Positions 1-9,650 of a stretch of 32,000 nt of DNA are shown piece by piece. The notes under the pieces were generated by a model. It searched no databases and was not told the origin of the DNA. It saw only the letters and a list, made by a program, of their open reading frames with translations. The translations under genes were made by a program, and so were the position numbers. Position 1 is the stretch's first letter, and the number at the start of each line of letters is the position of its first letter. This DNA is from Candidatus Portiera aleyrodidarum (lineage in GTDB: Bacteria; Pseudomonadota; Gammaproteobacteria; Johnevansiales; Johnevansiaceae). The stretch spans positions 258,196 through 290,195 of the forward strand of contig NZ_LN649255.1 of NCBI RefSeq assembly GCF_000953295.1, given 5' to 3'.

Positions 1-1
1 T

Positions 2-643
2 ATAAAAAATGAAAAAGATTTAAATAAAAATATAATTAATATATGTTTAAAAGAAATAAAAATTTTAATTAATAAAAAAAAAATATGTATAAAAAAAATA
101 CTTTTATTTTATATTAAGTTTTATAAATTTTCAAAAAAATTAAAAATAAATAATTTAAAAAAATTAATTTTTTTAAAAAAAATAGAAAAAAATTATTTTA
201 ATGATATATATTATAAAAATATTTCTTTGATAAACGATAAGAATATTCTAAAAAATAAATTTTTTTTTAAATCTAAAAAATATTTATTATTAATAAAATT
301 AAAAAAACAAATAAATAAATTAAATAATTTTAAAAATAAAATTTATTTATTTTTTAAAAATAAACAAAAAATCTTTTATAATATATATGATTTAATTCTT
401 TATATAATTAATAAATTTTTATATAAAAATCTTAATATACAAAGATATAAAGGATTAGGAGAAATGAACCCTAAGCAATTATGGGAGACGACAATGAACC
501 CATTAAAAAGAATAATATTAAAAATAACTATAAAAAACATTTTAAAAGCAAATTTAATTTTCAACAGCTTAATGGGTGATAAAGTTAAACCAAGGAGAAC
601 TTTTATAAAAAGTAATGCATTAATTGCTAATCTTGATATATGA
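2..643 (+). CDS. gyrB: DNA gyrase subunit B, C-terminal part (5' end lies off the window)
   Basis: I checked the frame of ORF 227..643 codon by codon and it stays open back to position 2, so the TTG at 227 is an ORF-caller artefact. The C-terminus carries the GyrB signatures [21 protein letters not shown] and [13 protein letters not shown] and ends ..LDI, followed by a TGA stop at 641-643. Confidence 0.93.
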   Translation: MKNEKDLNKNIINICLKEIKILINKKKICIKKILLFYIKFYKFSKKLKINNLKKLIFLKKIEKNYFNDIYYKNISLINDKNILKNKFFFKSKKYLLLIKLKKQINKLNNFKNKIYLFFKNKQKIFYNIYDLILYIINKFLYKNLNIQRYKGLGEMNPKQLWETTMNPLKRIILKITIKNILKANLIFNSLMGDKVKPRRTFIKSNALIANLDI

Positions 644-656
644 TAAAGATATTATT

Positions 657-730
657 AGGCTTATAGCTCAATAGGTTAGAGCAGAGGACTCATAATCCTT
701 TGGTTGTAGGTTCAAATCCTACTAGGCCTA
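657..730 (+). tRNA. tRNA with CAU anticodon (elongator Met or lysidine-dependent Ile2; identity unresolved)
   Basis: Hand-folded 74-nt cloverleaf. Acceptor AGGCTTA/TAGGCCT; D arm GCTC-AATAGGTTA-GAGC; anticodon arm GAGGA-CTCATAA-TCCTT; T arm GTAGG-TTCAAAT-CCTAC; discriminator A. No encoded CCA. The anticodon arm and variable region resemble E. coli ileX. Confidence 0.9.
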
Positions 731-2645
731 TAAAATCAGCTAGAGTTATAAAGATATTGTTTATATATATTAATAATAAAATATTATTTTTAGAAAAAAT
801 ATTTTTAGTTCTAAAAATTTTTATATTATTTATAAAATAATTTGTTTTTTTATATATAAGATATATATAAAAAAATATATCTTTATAATTACAAATTCCT
901 TTTTTTATTAAATAATAAAAATTATTTATATAAAAATTAATTGAATTAAATAAATTATATTCTAGATTTTTTTTAAAAAATTTAATATTTACTTTTTTAA
1001 ATAGAAATAAAGTTTTATATAAATTTTTATATTTTTTTATAAAATTAATAATTCTTTTATTTAAAAAAATTATTTTATATATAAGTTTTTTTTTATTTAA
1101 TAAAAAATTTATATTTTTAATACGTCTAAATAAATCATATGGACAAAAACTTGTAGATTTTATAGAAAAATATATTTTTTTATTCATATTATTTTTTTTT
1201 ATTAAATATATTATTTTTTCCAATAAAAACTTTAATATTTGTTTTATAAAAATATTTTTATTTAAAATATAGTTATTATATTGAGAAATAGAATAATTAA
1301 TTAATAAAAATAAATCTAAATTATATTCATTAAAAATAATAATTTTTAATATTCTATATGCTATTCTTCTTGTAAAAAAAATATCTGCACTACTGCTGGG
1401 TATATAACCTATATAAAAATAACCTATTAAATCATCAAATTTATTTGATAATGATAAAGATATTCCTTCTTTAGTATACGGTAATAAATTATTATATTTA
1501 TTTGGTAAATATTGTTGATAGATTGTTTTATAAACTTCTTTTTTTTCTTTGTTTATAAAAGAATAATAAGAACCAATAAACCCTTTAAAAAAATTAAATT
1601 CTTTAACAAAAGATGTAATAAAATCACATTTTGATAAATATGCAGATCTTATAGCAAGTTTTAGATTCCCCCCTATATATAGAATATATTTTTTTATAGA
1701 ATTTATAATTCTACGAGTTTTATCAGCTAAACTACCTAATTTATATTGAAAAATTACTAATTCTAAATCTTTATATCTTTCATATAATTTTTTTTTAAAA
1801 TCATATAATAAAAAAAATAAAATATCATTAAAAAAAATATTAATATTTTTTTCATTATTTAATATTAATTTATGTTTATTTAAAGTATTTAAATTAACAA
1901 TAATAATATATTTATTTGTTATCAAGTTTTTTTTATAAAATAAATTAAAACTTTTTTTTTTATCTTTTATAAGAAATATTAATATTTCTTTAGGTAATTT
2001 TTTAAAAATTTTATTAAAAGTTATAATCATAGCTACTGGCCATTCTACTAACTTAGCAATATATACTAATATCTTTTTATCTAAATTTACTAATAAATTA
2101 TTTTTTTTAGCAAGATATAAAATCATATTCCTAATAATTTCAAGTCTATAATTAAAATCAACAAGTGTATAACCTGGATATTTTAATTTTAATAAATATT
2201 CATTACTATTATTTAATATAATCTCTTTATTATAATGTATTACATGTCCATAAGATTTTCTATTTGAAATAAAATTGAATAAGTTTATTTTTATGACATC
2301 ATTATTAAATAATACTAATAACCAATTTACAGGTCTTATAAATTTATAATTATTTTTTCCCCATCTCATTTTTTGAAAGTTTGATTTATTATTTAATAAT
2401 ATATTTAAAGAAATTTGTATTATATTTTTTATATATAATTCTTTTTTATAAACTAATTCTTTTTTAGAAAGAATATTATTAATTAATAATGCAATACGTT
2501 TAGAAGTTGTAAAAATCTTAATACTTTTAAAAGAAAAATATTCTTTATAAAAATTAGTTCTTAAATTTTTTATAAAATTATTAAGAAGATTATGATAATT
2601 ATTTGGTAAATCCTCAAACCCAATTTCAATAAGTAAGTTATTCAT
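690..2645 (-). CDS. glyS: glycine--tRNA ligase beta subunit
   Basis: 651 aa, against 689 aa in E. coli. The N-terminus MNNLLIEIGFEDLPNNY matches the GlyS start (..FLVEIGTEELP..). It sits immediately downstream of glyQ on the same strand. The rest is highly diverged and K/N/I-rich. The last ~13 codons and the TGA stop are encoded antisense to the tRNA at 657..730. Confidence 0.85.
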   Translation of the reverse strand: MNNLLIEIGFEDLPNNYHNLLNNFIKNLRTNFYKEYFSFKSIKIFTTSKRIALLINNILSKKELVYKKELYIKNIIQISLNILLNNKSNFQKMRWGKNNYKFIRPVNWLLVLFNNDVIKINLFNFISNRKSYGHVIHYNKEIILNNSNEYLLKLKYPGYTLVDFNYRLEIIRNMILYLAKKNNLLVNLDKKILVYIAKLVEWPVAMIITFNKIFKKLPKEILIFLIKDKKKSFNLFYKKNLITNKYIIIVNLNTLNKHKLILNNEKNINIFFNDILFFLLYDFKKKLYERYKDLELVIFQYKLGSLADKTRRIINSIKKYILYIGGNLKLAIRSAYLSKCDFITSFVKEFNFFKGFIGSYYSFINKEKKEVYKTIYQQYLPNKYNNLLPYTKEGISLSLSNKFDDLIGYFYIGYIPSSSADIFFTRRIAYRILKIIIFNEYNLDLFLLINYSISQYNNYILNKNIFIKQILKFLLEKIIYLIKKNNMNKKIYFSIKSTSFCPYDLFRRIKNINFLLNKKKLIYKIIFLNKRIINFIKKYKNLYKTLFLFKKVNIKFFKKNLEYNLFNSINFYINNFYYLIKKGICNYKDIFFYIYLIYKKTNYFINNIKIFRTKNIFSKNNILLLIYINNIFITLADFIGLVGFEPTTKGL

Positions 2646-2670
2646 TATATTTTATAATTTTTTCTAATTT

Positions 2671-3534
2671 TTATATATTTGTTTTTATATATTTTTTTGC
2701 AATTTTACAAGCCATAGACCTGACACGATATATATATATTTTTTTTTCTAAAAAATCTATAACATTACAAGAATCTAATAAATTTAAAATATGTGATGAT
2801 TTTAATAATTTTTCATAAGCAGGTATTATTAAATTTTTTTTTAATAAATTTATACAATCTTTCTCATAATTTATAAATTTTTTTAATAAAATTCTTTTAT
2901 TTAAAAAATTTAAATTATAATTTGATTGTTCTTTTTCATTTTTAAAAAAAATTTCACCATAAGTTATATTATTATTCCATTTTATATCATAAATATTATC
3001 TAGTTCTTGTAAATGCATAGCTATTCTTTCTAGACCATAAGTAATTTCACCTGTAACAGGATAACAATCTATCCCTCCTATTTGTTGAAAATAAGTAATT
3101 TGTGTAATTTCTATATTATTTAACCAAACTTCCCAACCTAAACCCCAAGCACCTAAACTAGGTGATTCCCAATTATCTTCTATAAATTTTAGATCATTTA
3201 TTTTTAAATTTATACCTAAATCTTTTAAAGAATTTAAATAAATTTTTTGAAAATTTTTTGGTGAAGGTTTAAAAATCACTTGAAATTGGTAATAATGTTG
3301 TAATCTATTTGTTTTATTTCCATATCTACCATCTTTAGGTCTTCTACAAGCTTGTATATAACACGTTTTAATAATTTCTTTTTTTTTATTTATAGAATTA
3401 AAAAAAGTAAAAGGATGAAATGTAGCTGCTCCTACTTCTATATCTAAAGGTTGTATAATTATACAACCAAATTTTAACCAATAATTTTTTAATTTAAATA
3501 TTAACTTTTCAAAAGTATTAAAAGTTATTTTCAT
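2671..3534 (-). CDS. glyQ: glycine--tRNA ligase alpha subunit
   Basis: 287 aa with strong collinear identity to E. coli GlyQ: GCIIIQPLDIEVGAATFHP, RRPKDGRYGNKTNRLQHYYQFQVIFKPSP, EDNWESPSLGAWGLGWEVWLN, TGEITYGLERIAM. Confidence 0.97.
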   Translation of the reverse strand: MKITFNTFEKLIFKLKNYWLKFGCIIIQPLDIEVGAATFHPFTFFNSINKKKEIIKTCYIQACRRPKDGRYGNKTNRLQHYYQFQVIFKPSPKNFQKIYLNSLKDLGINLKINDLKFIEDNWESPSLGAWGLGWEVWLNNIEITQITYFQQIGGIDCYPVTGEITYGLERIAMHLQELDNIYDIKWNNNITYGEIFFKNEKEQSNYNLNFLNKRILLKKFINYEKDCINLLKKNLIIPAYEKLLKSSHILNLLDSCNVIDFLEKKIYIYRVRSMACKIAKKYIKTNI

Positions 3535-3600
3535 ATTGTTTATTATATAAAAAAAATAATTTATTTACTATATTATTTATAAATATATATAATAAGAAAT

Positions 3601-5157
3601 ATGAAAAAAATAAAATCTAATCCTAGTTTAGAACTTTATGTAAAAAAAATACTTAATTCAAAAGTATATGAACTTGCTAAATTTACACCTTTATCTTTTA
3701 CACCTTTACTTTCAAAAATTTTAAAAAACAAGATTTTTATAAAACGTGAAGATTTACAACAAATATTTTCTTTTAAAATTAGAGGCGCATATAATTGTAT
3801 GATTAAACTATCTAAAAATAAAATAAAGAAAGGAGTAATTACAGCTTCTGCAGGCAACCATGCGCAAGGTGTCGCTTTATCTGCAAAAAAATTAGGTATT
3901 AAATCTATTATTGTTATGCCTAAAATAACACCTGAAATTAAAGTTTTATCTGTACAAGCTATCGGTTCTGAAGTATTAATAAAAGGTAATAATTTTAATT
4001 CATCTTTAAAATATGCATTAAATTTAGTTAATAAATATGGATATACTTATATTCCTCCATTTGATAATACCGAAGTAATTGCAGGACAAGGAACTTTAGC
4101 AATGGAACTTTTAAAACAATATAAAAATAAAATTTATGCAATATTTGTTCCTGTTGGTGGAGGAGGATTAATTGCAGGAATTACAGCATATATAAAATAT
4201 TTACGTCCTAAAATAAAAATAATAGGTGTCGAGCCTGAAGATTCTGCTTGTTTAAAAGAAGCAATAAAATTTGGTTATCCAATTACATTAAATACTTTAG
4301 ATATGTTTGCGGAAGGAGTGGCAGTATCTCGGATTGGTAATAAACCTTTTAAATTAATAAAAAATATTATAGATGAGATTATCACTGTTAATATAGATGA
4401 AATGTGTTCTGCAATAAAAGATATGTTTGAAAATACAAGAGCTTTAGCAGAAGTTTCAGGAGCTTTATCTTTAGCTGGATTAAAAAAATATATAATAAAA
4501 AAAAAAATTATAAATAAAACTTTAATTTGTATAAATACTGGAGCAAATATTAATTTTGAGAAATTACAATATATAGCAAACAGAACAGCTTTAGGAGAAA
4601 ATAAAGAATTAATATTAGCGATAAAAATACCAGAATCAATAGGTAGTTTAAAAAACTTATGTAATATAATAGGTAAAAATAAAATGTTTACTGAGTTAAA
4701 TTATCGTTACTTTAATAAAAGTAAAGCAAATATATTAATAGGTTTAAAAATTATTCCAGGTATTGAAGATAAAAAAAATATAATAAAGAATATACGTAAT
4801 GCTAATTTTTTAGTTAAAGATATGAGTTATAATGAATTAATAAAATTACATATTCGTTATTTTATTGGAGGAAACTTTAAAAGTTATACAAAGAAAAATA
4901 ATTATAAAGAAGAATTATATTGTTTTGAATTTCCAGAAAAGCCAGGTGCTTTAATAAAATTTTTAAATAGTTTACCTGAAATTTTTAATATTTCTTTATT
5001 TCATTACCGAAATTATGGGTATGCGTATGGTCGTGTTTTAATAGCTATACAATTATATAAAAATAAAATAAAAAAATTAGAAAAAAATTTAGACAAAATA
5101 GGGTATAGATATTGGAAAGAAAGTAAAAATATAGCGTATAAACTTTTTTTAAAATAA
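3601..5157 (+). CDS. ilvA: biosynthetic threonine dehydratase (threonine ammonia-lyase), full length with regulatory C-terminal half
   Basis: 518 aa, against ~514 aa in E. coli IlvA. PLP-lysine motif FSFKIRGAYN, glycine loop VPVGGGGLIAG, and a C-terminal ~180 aa regulatory region are all retained. Confidence 0.95.
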   Translation: MKKIKSNPSLELYVKKILNSKVYELAKFTPLSFTPLLSKILKNKIFIKREDLQQIFSFKIRGAYNCMIKLSKNKIKKGVITASAGNHAQGVALSAKKLGIKSIIVMPKITPEIKVLSVQAIGSEVLIKGNNFNSSLKYALNLVNKYGYTYIPPFDNTEVIAGQGTLAMELLKQYKNKIYAIFVPVGGGGLIAGITAYIKYLRPKIKIIGVEPEDSACLKEAIKFGYPITLNTLDMFAEGVAVSRIGNKPFKLIKNIIDEIITVNIDEMCSAIKDMFENTRALAEVSGALSLAGLKKYIIKKKIINKTLICINTGANINFEKLQYIANRTALGENKELILAIKIPESIGSLKNLCNIIGKNKMFTELNYRYFNKSKANILIGLKIIPGIEDKKNIIKNIRNANFLVKDMSYNELIKLHIRYFIGGNFKSYTKKNNYKEELYCFEFPEKPGALIKFLNSLPEIFNISLFHYRNYGYAYGRVLIAIQLYKNKIKKLEKNLDKIGYRYWKESKNIAYKLFLK

Positions 5158-5161
5158 AAAA

Positions 5162-5566
5162 ATGAATAAGAAAATTATTATGGCTTTTGATTATGGGATA
5201 AAAAAAATAGGTATAGCATTAGGTAATAATATAATTAATACTATTACTATACTAAAAACTATTTCATCTATAAATGGTAAACCAAATTGGGATAAAATTT
5301 CTAAATTAATAAAAAATTGGATACCTGATTTATTATTAGTTGGGTTGCCAATAAATATAGATAATACTGAGTCTAAAATGAGTTTATTATCTAGAAAATT
5401 TGGAAAAGAATTAAAAAAAAAATATTCTTTACCATATCACCTGGTAGATGAACGGATTTCAACTTATGAAGCTAAATATCTTGCTAAAGAAGAAATATTC
5501 TATACGAAAAAAAATTTAGATGGGATAGCCGCTAGTATCATAATTAACGATTTTTTAAATAAATAA
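5162..5566 (+). CDS. ruvX: YqgF/RuvX family putative pre-16S rRNA nuclease / Holliday junction resolvase-like protein
   Basis: 134 aa, collinear with E. coli YqgF: MAFDYGIKKIGIALG, NGKPNWDKISKLIKNWIPDLLLVGLPINID, VDERISTYEAK, LDGIAASIII. Confidence 0.9.
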   Translation: MNKKIIMAFDYGIKKIGIALGNNIINTITILKTISSINGKPNWDKISKLIKNWIPDLLLVGLPINIDNTESKMSLLSRKFGKELKKKYSLPYHLVDERISTYEAKYLAKEEIFYTKKNLDGIAASIIINDFLNK

Positions 5567-5572
5567 TTTAGA

Positions 5573-6397
5573 TTGGAGAAAGTTTTGAAAAAATTCTATA
5601 TTGAAAAAATTTTAAATGTTTTTCATTGGAATAAGAATTTATTTAGTTTTTATACAACAAAAAATAAAAACTTACGGGTTAAAAATGGGCAATTTTTAAT
5701 TATTGGTTTAAATATAAATAAAGATTTTAAGTTAATAATAAGAGCATATTCATTAGTAAGTCCTAATTATTCTAATTATCTTGAATTTTTTTCAATAAAA
5801 ATAGAAAATGGTAAATTTACATCATTATTAAAAAATATAAAAATTGGTGATTATATATTAATAAGTAAAAAATCTACAGGAACATTAACAATTGATAATA
5901 TAAAAAGTGGGAAAAGTTTATTTCTATTAGCTACTGGGACTGGCTTAGCACCATTTATAAGTTTAATACAAGATCCAATATTATATTGTCGGTTTAAAAA
6001 AATTATTTTAATACATGGAGTAAGTTATATAAATGAATTAGCATATAAAAAATTTATTAATAAAAAAATTTTTTATAAAAAAAATTTAAAAAAAAAAATA
6101 AAAAAAAAATTAATTTATTATCCAACAATTACTCGTGAAAATTATATAAATCAAGGTAGAATTACTGAAATTATTATTAAAGGAAAATTATTTAAAGAAT
6201 TAAAATTACCTTTTTTTAATTTAAATTCTGATAGATTAATGTTATGTGGTAATAAAAATATGTTAAAAGAAATATCAGAATATTTAAAAAATTTAGGATT
6301 TAAAAAATCATTAATTAATAATCCTAATGATTATGTTTTTGAAAATTCTTTTATAAATAAAAAAACCAGATGGGATAGATTTTATATAAATGAATAA
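5573..6397 (+). CDS. fpr: ferredoxin/flavodoxin--NADP+ reductase
   Basis: 274 aa with a TTG start. FAD-binding RAYSLVS, NAD(P)-binding LLATGTGLAPF, plus LIHGV, MLCGN and a conserved C-terminal YVFENSF followed by a 14-aa extension. The last 8 nt overlap nuoA. Confidence 0.9.
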   Translation: MEKVLKKFYIEKILNVFHWNKNLFSFYTTKNKNLRVKNGQFLIIGLNINKDFKLIIRAYSLVSPNYSNYLEFFSIKIENGKFTSLLKNIKIGDYILISKKSTGTLTIDNIKSGKSLFLLATGTGLAPFISLIQDPILYCRFKKIILIHGVSYINELAYKKFINKKIFYKKNLKKKIKKKLIYYPTITRENYINQGRITEIIIKGKLFKELKLPFFNLNSDRLMLCGNKNMLKEISEYLKNLGFKKSLINNPNDYVFENSFINKKTRWDRFYINE

Positions 6398-6731
6398 TTT
6401 ATTTCTTTTTTTTATAATAACAACAATATTAATATTAATAATAAATATTATTTCATATTTTTTAGGTGGGTATAGTTGGTCACCAAATAAAGAAATACCT
6501 TTCGAATCTGGCATAATTTCTATTGGGTCAATAAAAAAAATCAATTACTTTGCAAAATTTTATATTTTAGCAATATTATTTGTGATATTTGATTTAGAAG
6601 TTATATTTTTATTTTGTTGGGCAATTGCAATTAGAGAATTAGGATGGCAAGGTTTTATAGGGATAATAATATTTATATTTATATTATTAATAGGATTATT
6701 ATATGATATATGTAATGAGATATTTGATTAA
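6390..6731 (+). CDS. nuoA: NADH-quinone oxidoreductase subunit A
   Basis: 113 aa with PFESGI, AKFYILAILFVIFDLEVIFLF and IRELGWQGF, collinear with E. coli NuoA but shorter at both ends. Confidence 0.93.
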   Translation: MNNLFLFFIITTILILIINIISYFLGGYSWSPNKEIPFESGIISIGSIKKINYFAKFYILAILFVIFDLEVIFLFCWAIAIRELGWQGFIGIIIFIFILLIGLLYDICNEIFD

Positions 6732-6746
6732 AAATGGAGAATATAT

Positions 6747-7349
6747 ATGAAATATATATTAATAGAACAAATAAAAAATAATATTCTTTTCTGTAAACTA
6801 AAAAAAGTTTCTAATTTATTAATAACTTGGGGAAGAAAAAATTCTATATGGCCTTTTAATTTTGGCTTATCTTGTTGTTATGTAGAAATGACAACTTCTT
6901 TTACATCACCTCATGATATCTCAAGATTTGGATCAGAAGTTATTAGATCTTCCCCAAGACAATCTGATTTAATGGTAATTGCTGGAACTTGTTTTATAAA
7001 AATGGTACCAGTTATCCAACATTTATATGATCAACTGTTAGAGCCAAAATGGGTTATATCAATGGGTTCTTGTGCAAATTCAGGTGGGATGTATGATAGT
7101 TATTCAGTTGTACAAGGAGTTGATAAATTTTTACCAGTAGATCTTTATATACCTGGCTGCCCACCTAGACCTGAAGCTTTTTTACAAGGTTTACAGTTAT
7201 TACAAAATTCAATTACTAAAGAAAGTCGTCCATTATCTTGGGTATTAGGTGATCAAAAAGTCTATAAGGATGAAATGCCTAATCAAAAACAAATAAAACA
7301 TAAAAATTATATTAAAACAAAAAAATTACGTAAGAACAATGAGATTTAA
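6747..7349 (+). CDS. nuoB: NADH-quinone oxidoreductase subunit B
   Basis: 200 aa. [45 protein letters not shown] and [10 protein letters not shown] provide the N2 Fe-S cysteines. GGAG lies 8 nt upstream of the ATG. Confidence 0.97.
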   Translation: MKYILIEQIKNNILFCKLKKVSNLLITWGRKNSIWPFNFGLSCCYVEMTTSFTSPHDISRFGSEVIRSSPRQSDLMVIAGTCFIKMVPVIQHLYDQLLEPKWVISMGSCANSGGMYDSYSVVQGVDKFLPVDLYIPGCPPRPEAFLQGLQLLQNSITKESRPLSWVLGDQKVYKDEMPNQKQIKHKNYIKTKKLRKNNEI

Positions 7350-9102
7350 TAAAAAAAAATTAAAAAAACATGAACAAATTATATTAAAATTATTATATTT
7401 AAAGTTTGGGAAAAAAAATATTTTATATTCACAAAATACTATTATGGGTATGCCAGTGATATGGGTCAAACCTTATAAATTATTTGAGATAATGAAATTT
7501 TTACGTTATGGAAATGAAAAATTTGATATGTTGTTTGATTTAAATTGTATAGATGAAAGATTAAGAAATAATAGAAAAAATTTACCAAATTCAGATTTTA
7601 CAATATTTTATCATTTGTTATCTTTTAAAAAAAATTATGATTTACTAATAAAAGTCGGTTTAGGAGAACAAAAATTATTATTACCTTCTATTGTTAAGAT
7701 ATGGCCAAATGCTAATTGGTATGAACGAGAAGTATATGATATGTTTGGAATTAAATTTTATGGACATCCAAATTTAAGAAGAATTTTGATGCCTTTAAAT
7801 TGGAAAGGATACCCATTACGTAAAGATTACCCATCACGTGCCTCTGAATTTAAGATTTTAAATATTGATCGGTATAATCAAGATAAAGAACAATCTTCAT
7901 TATGTTTTATTGCTGAAGAATGGGGTTTTTCAAAAAATAAAAATAATATGTTTTTAAATTTTGGCCCTAATCATCCTTCTGCTCATGGGGCTTTTAGAAT
8001 AATATTACAAATTTATGGAGAAAAAATATTAAAATGTATACCTGATATTGGGTTTCATCATCGTGGGGCAGAAAAAATGGCAGAACGGCAAACATGGCAT
8101 AGTTATATACCTTATACTGATCGTATTGATTATACTGGTGGAGTAATAAATAATTTACCTTATATCTTAGCAATTGAAAAACTTGCAAAAATAAATGTTA
8201 CTGAAAAAACAAAAGTAATACGTATTATCATGATGGAAATATTTAGAATAAATTCACATTTATTATTTTTAGGTACTTTTTTACAAGATTTAGGTGCAAT
8301 GAGTACAGTTTTTTTTACGTTTACAGATAGACAGAAATGTTACGAAATAATAGAATCAATAACAGGTTTTCGTATGCACCCAGCCTGGTTTCGTATAGGT
8401 GGTTTAGCTCATGATTTACCAAAAGGATGGTGTAAATTAATAAAAAATTTTATTAATTGGATAAATAAAAGACTTAAAGAATATAAAAAAGCGATGATGA
8501 ATAATTACATATTACGAAAACGGACTAAATTTATTGCATCTTATACAACATCAGAAGCATTAGAATGGGGTATTACTGGACCAAATTTAAGAGCTACTGG
8601 TTTTAATTTTGATGTAAGAAAAAATAGACCTTATTCAGGTTATGAAAATTTAGATTTTGATATACCTATTGGGATTAATGGAGATGTGTTTGATAGAGCA
8701 AATATTAGAGTTGAAGAAATGTATCAAAGTTTACGTATTATAAAACAATGTATAAATAATATACCAGAAGGAAATATAAAAATCGAACATCCTTTAGTTA
8801 TTCCTCCTAATAGAAAAAATATGTTAAAAAATATAGAAACTTTAATAACACATTTTTTACAAATTTCTTGGGGACCAATAATTAAACCAAATGAAACGTT
8901 CCAAATGATAGAAGCAACTAAAGGAATTAATAGTTATTATTTGATATCTGATGGTAATACAACAAGTTATCGTACTAGAATACGTACTCCTAGTTATTCT
9001 CACTTACAACATATATCCTCAATAATGCAAGGAGCATATATCCCAGATCTGATTGCTCATATTGCAAGTATTGATTTTGTAATGGCTGATGTAGATCGTT
9101 AA
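7339..9102 (+). CDS. nuoC: NADH-quinone oxidoreductase fused subunit C/D
   Basis: 587 aa single ORF. The NuoC part has [26 protein letters not shown]. The NuoD part has [23 protein letters not shown] and the C-terminal [13 protein letters not shown]. The fusion is typical of E. coli and Pseudomonas-type gammaproteobacteria. Confidence 0.97.
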   Translation: MRFNKKKLKKHEQIILKLLYLKFGKKNILYSQNTIMGMPVIWVKPYKLFEIMKFLRYGNEKFDMLFDLNCIDERLRNNRKNLPNSDFTIFYHLLSFKKNYDLLIKVGLGEQKLLLPSIVKIWPNANWYEREVYDMFGIKFYGHPNLRRILMPLNWKGYPLRKDYPSRASEFKILNIDRYNQDKEQSSLCFIAEEWGFSKNKNNMFLNFGPNHPSAHGAFRIILQIYGEKILKCIPDIGFHHRGAEKMAERQTWHSYIPYTDRIDYTGGVINNLPYILAIEKLAKINVTEKTKVIRIIMMEIFRINSHLLFLGTFLQDLGAMSTVFFTFTDRQKCYEIIESITGFRMHPAWFRIGGLAHDLPKGWCKLIKNFINWINKRLKEYKKAMMNNYILRKRTKFIASYTTSEALEWGITGPNLRATGFNFDVRKNRPYSGYENLDFDIPIGINGDVFDRANIRVEEMYQSLRIIKQCINNIPEGNIKIEHPLVIPPNRKNMLKNIETLITHFLQISWGPIIKPNETFQMIEATKGINSYYLISDGNTTSYRTRIRTPSYSHLQHISSIMQGAYIPDLIAHIASIDFVMADVDR

Positions 9103-9119
9103 AATAAAAAATTATATAA

Positions 9120-9650
9120 ATGGAAGAAATTATGGAAATTTATTTAATAAAAAAAAATAAATCTAAATTAAAAAATAAAAAAAAAAATTTAAGTAAAGAA
9201 GAAATAACAGAAATTATTATTGAAAAAAATAACTATAAAAATAGTAAAGCTGCTTCAATTGGTGCTTTAAAAATAGTACAAAAATATAGAGGATGGATAT
9301 CAGATAAAATTATTAATGAAATTGCAAAGTTAATAGGAATAAATCCAACGGAATTAGATAGTATCGCTACATTTTATAGTTTAATTTATAGAAAACCGGT
9401 TGGTAATAATATAATTTTTTTATGTGATAGTATTACTTGTTATATAAATGGCTCTGAAATTATTTATCAGAAATTAAAAAAAGAATTAGGAATAATTATG
9501 GGAGAAACAACTAATGATAAACGGTTTACCTTATTGCCAATATGTTGCTTAGGTAATTGTGATAAATCACCAAATATAATGATTAATAAAGATATTTATT
9601 ATAATTTAATAAAAAAAAATATAAGTAAGATATTGGAGCTTTATAAATAA
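9120..9650 (+). CDS. nuoE: NADH-quinone oxidoreductase subunit E
   Basis: 176 aa. The 2Fe-2S cysteine pattern is present ([11 protein letters not shown] ... [11 protein letters not shown]), and its position in the nuo order fits. Confidence 0.93.
   Translation: MEEIMEIYLIKKNKSKLKNKKKNLSKEEITEIIIEKNNYKNSKAASIGALKIVQKYRGWISDKIINEIAKLIGINPTELDSIATFYSLIYRKPVGNNIIFLCDSITCYINGSEIIYQKLKKELGIIMGETTNDKRFTLLPICCLGNCDKSPNIMINKDIYYNLIKKNISKILELYK

Noticed and set aside
3636-3857. 73-aa minus-strand ORF antisense to the 5' part of ilvA
   Set aside because: It lies entirely inside a well-supported ilvA CDS, in the relatively GC-richer conserved PLP-site region where antisense stops are rarer. It has no recognisable motifs and no room for its own expression signals.
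6311-6544. 77-aa minus-strand ORF spanning the fpr/nuoA junction
   Set aside because: It is antisense to two confidently assigned genes. Its low-complexity I/F/K composition is typical of chance ORFs in this genome.
7994-8188. 64-aa minus-strand ORF inside nuoCD
   Set aside because: It is antisense to the most conserved NuoD segment ([10 protein letters not shown] region). It has no motif support and is most likely a frame artefact.
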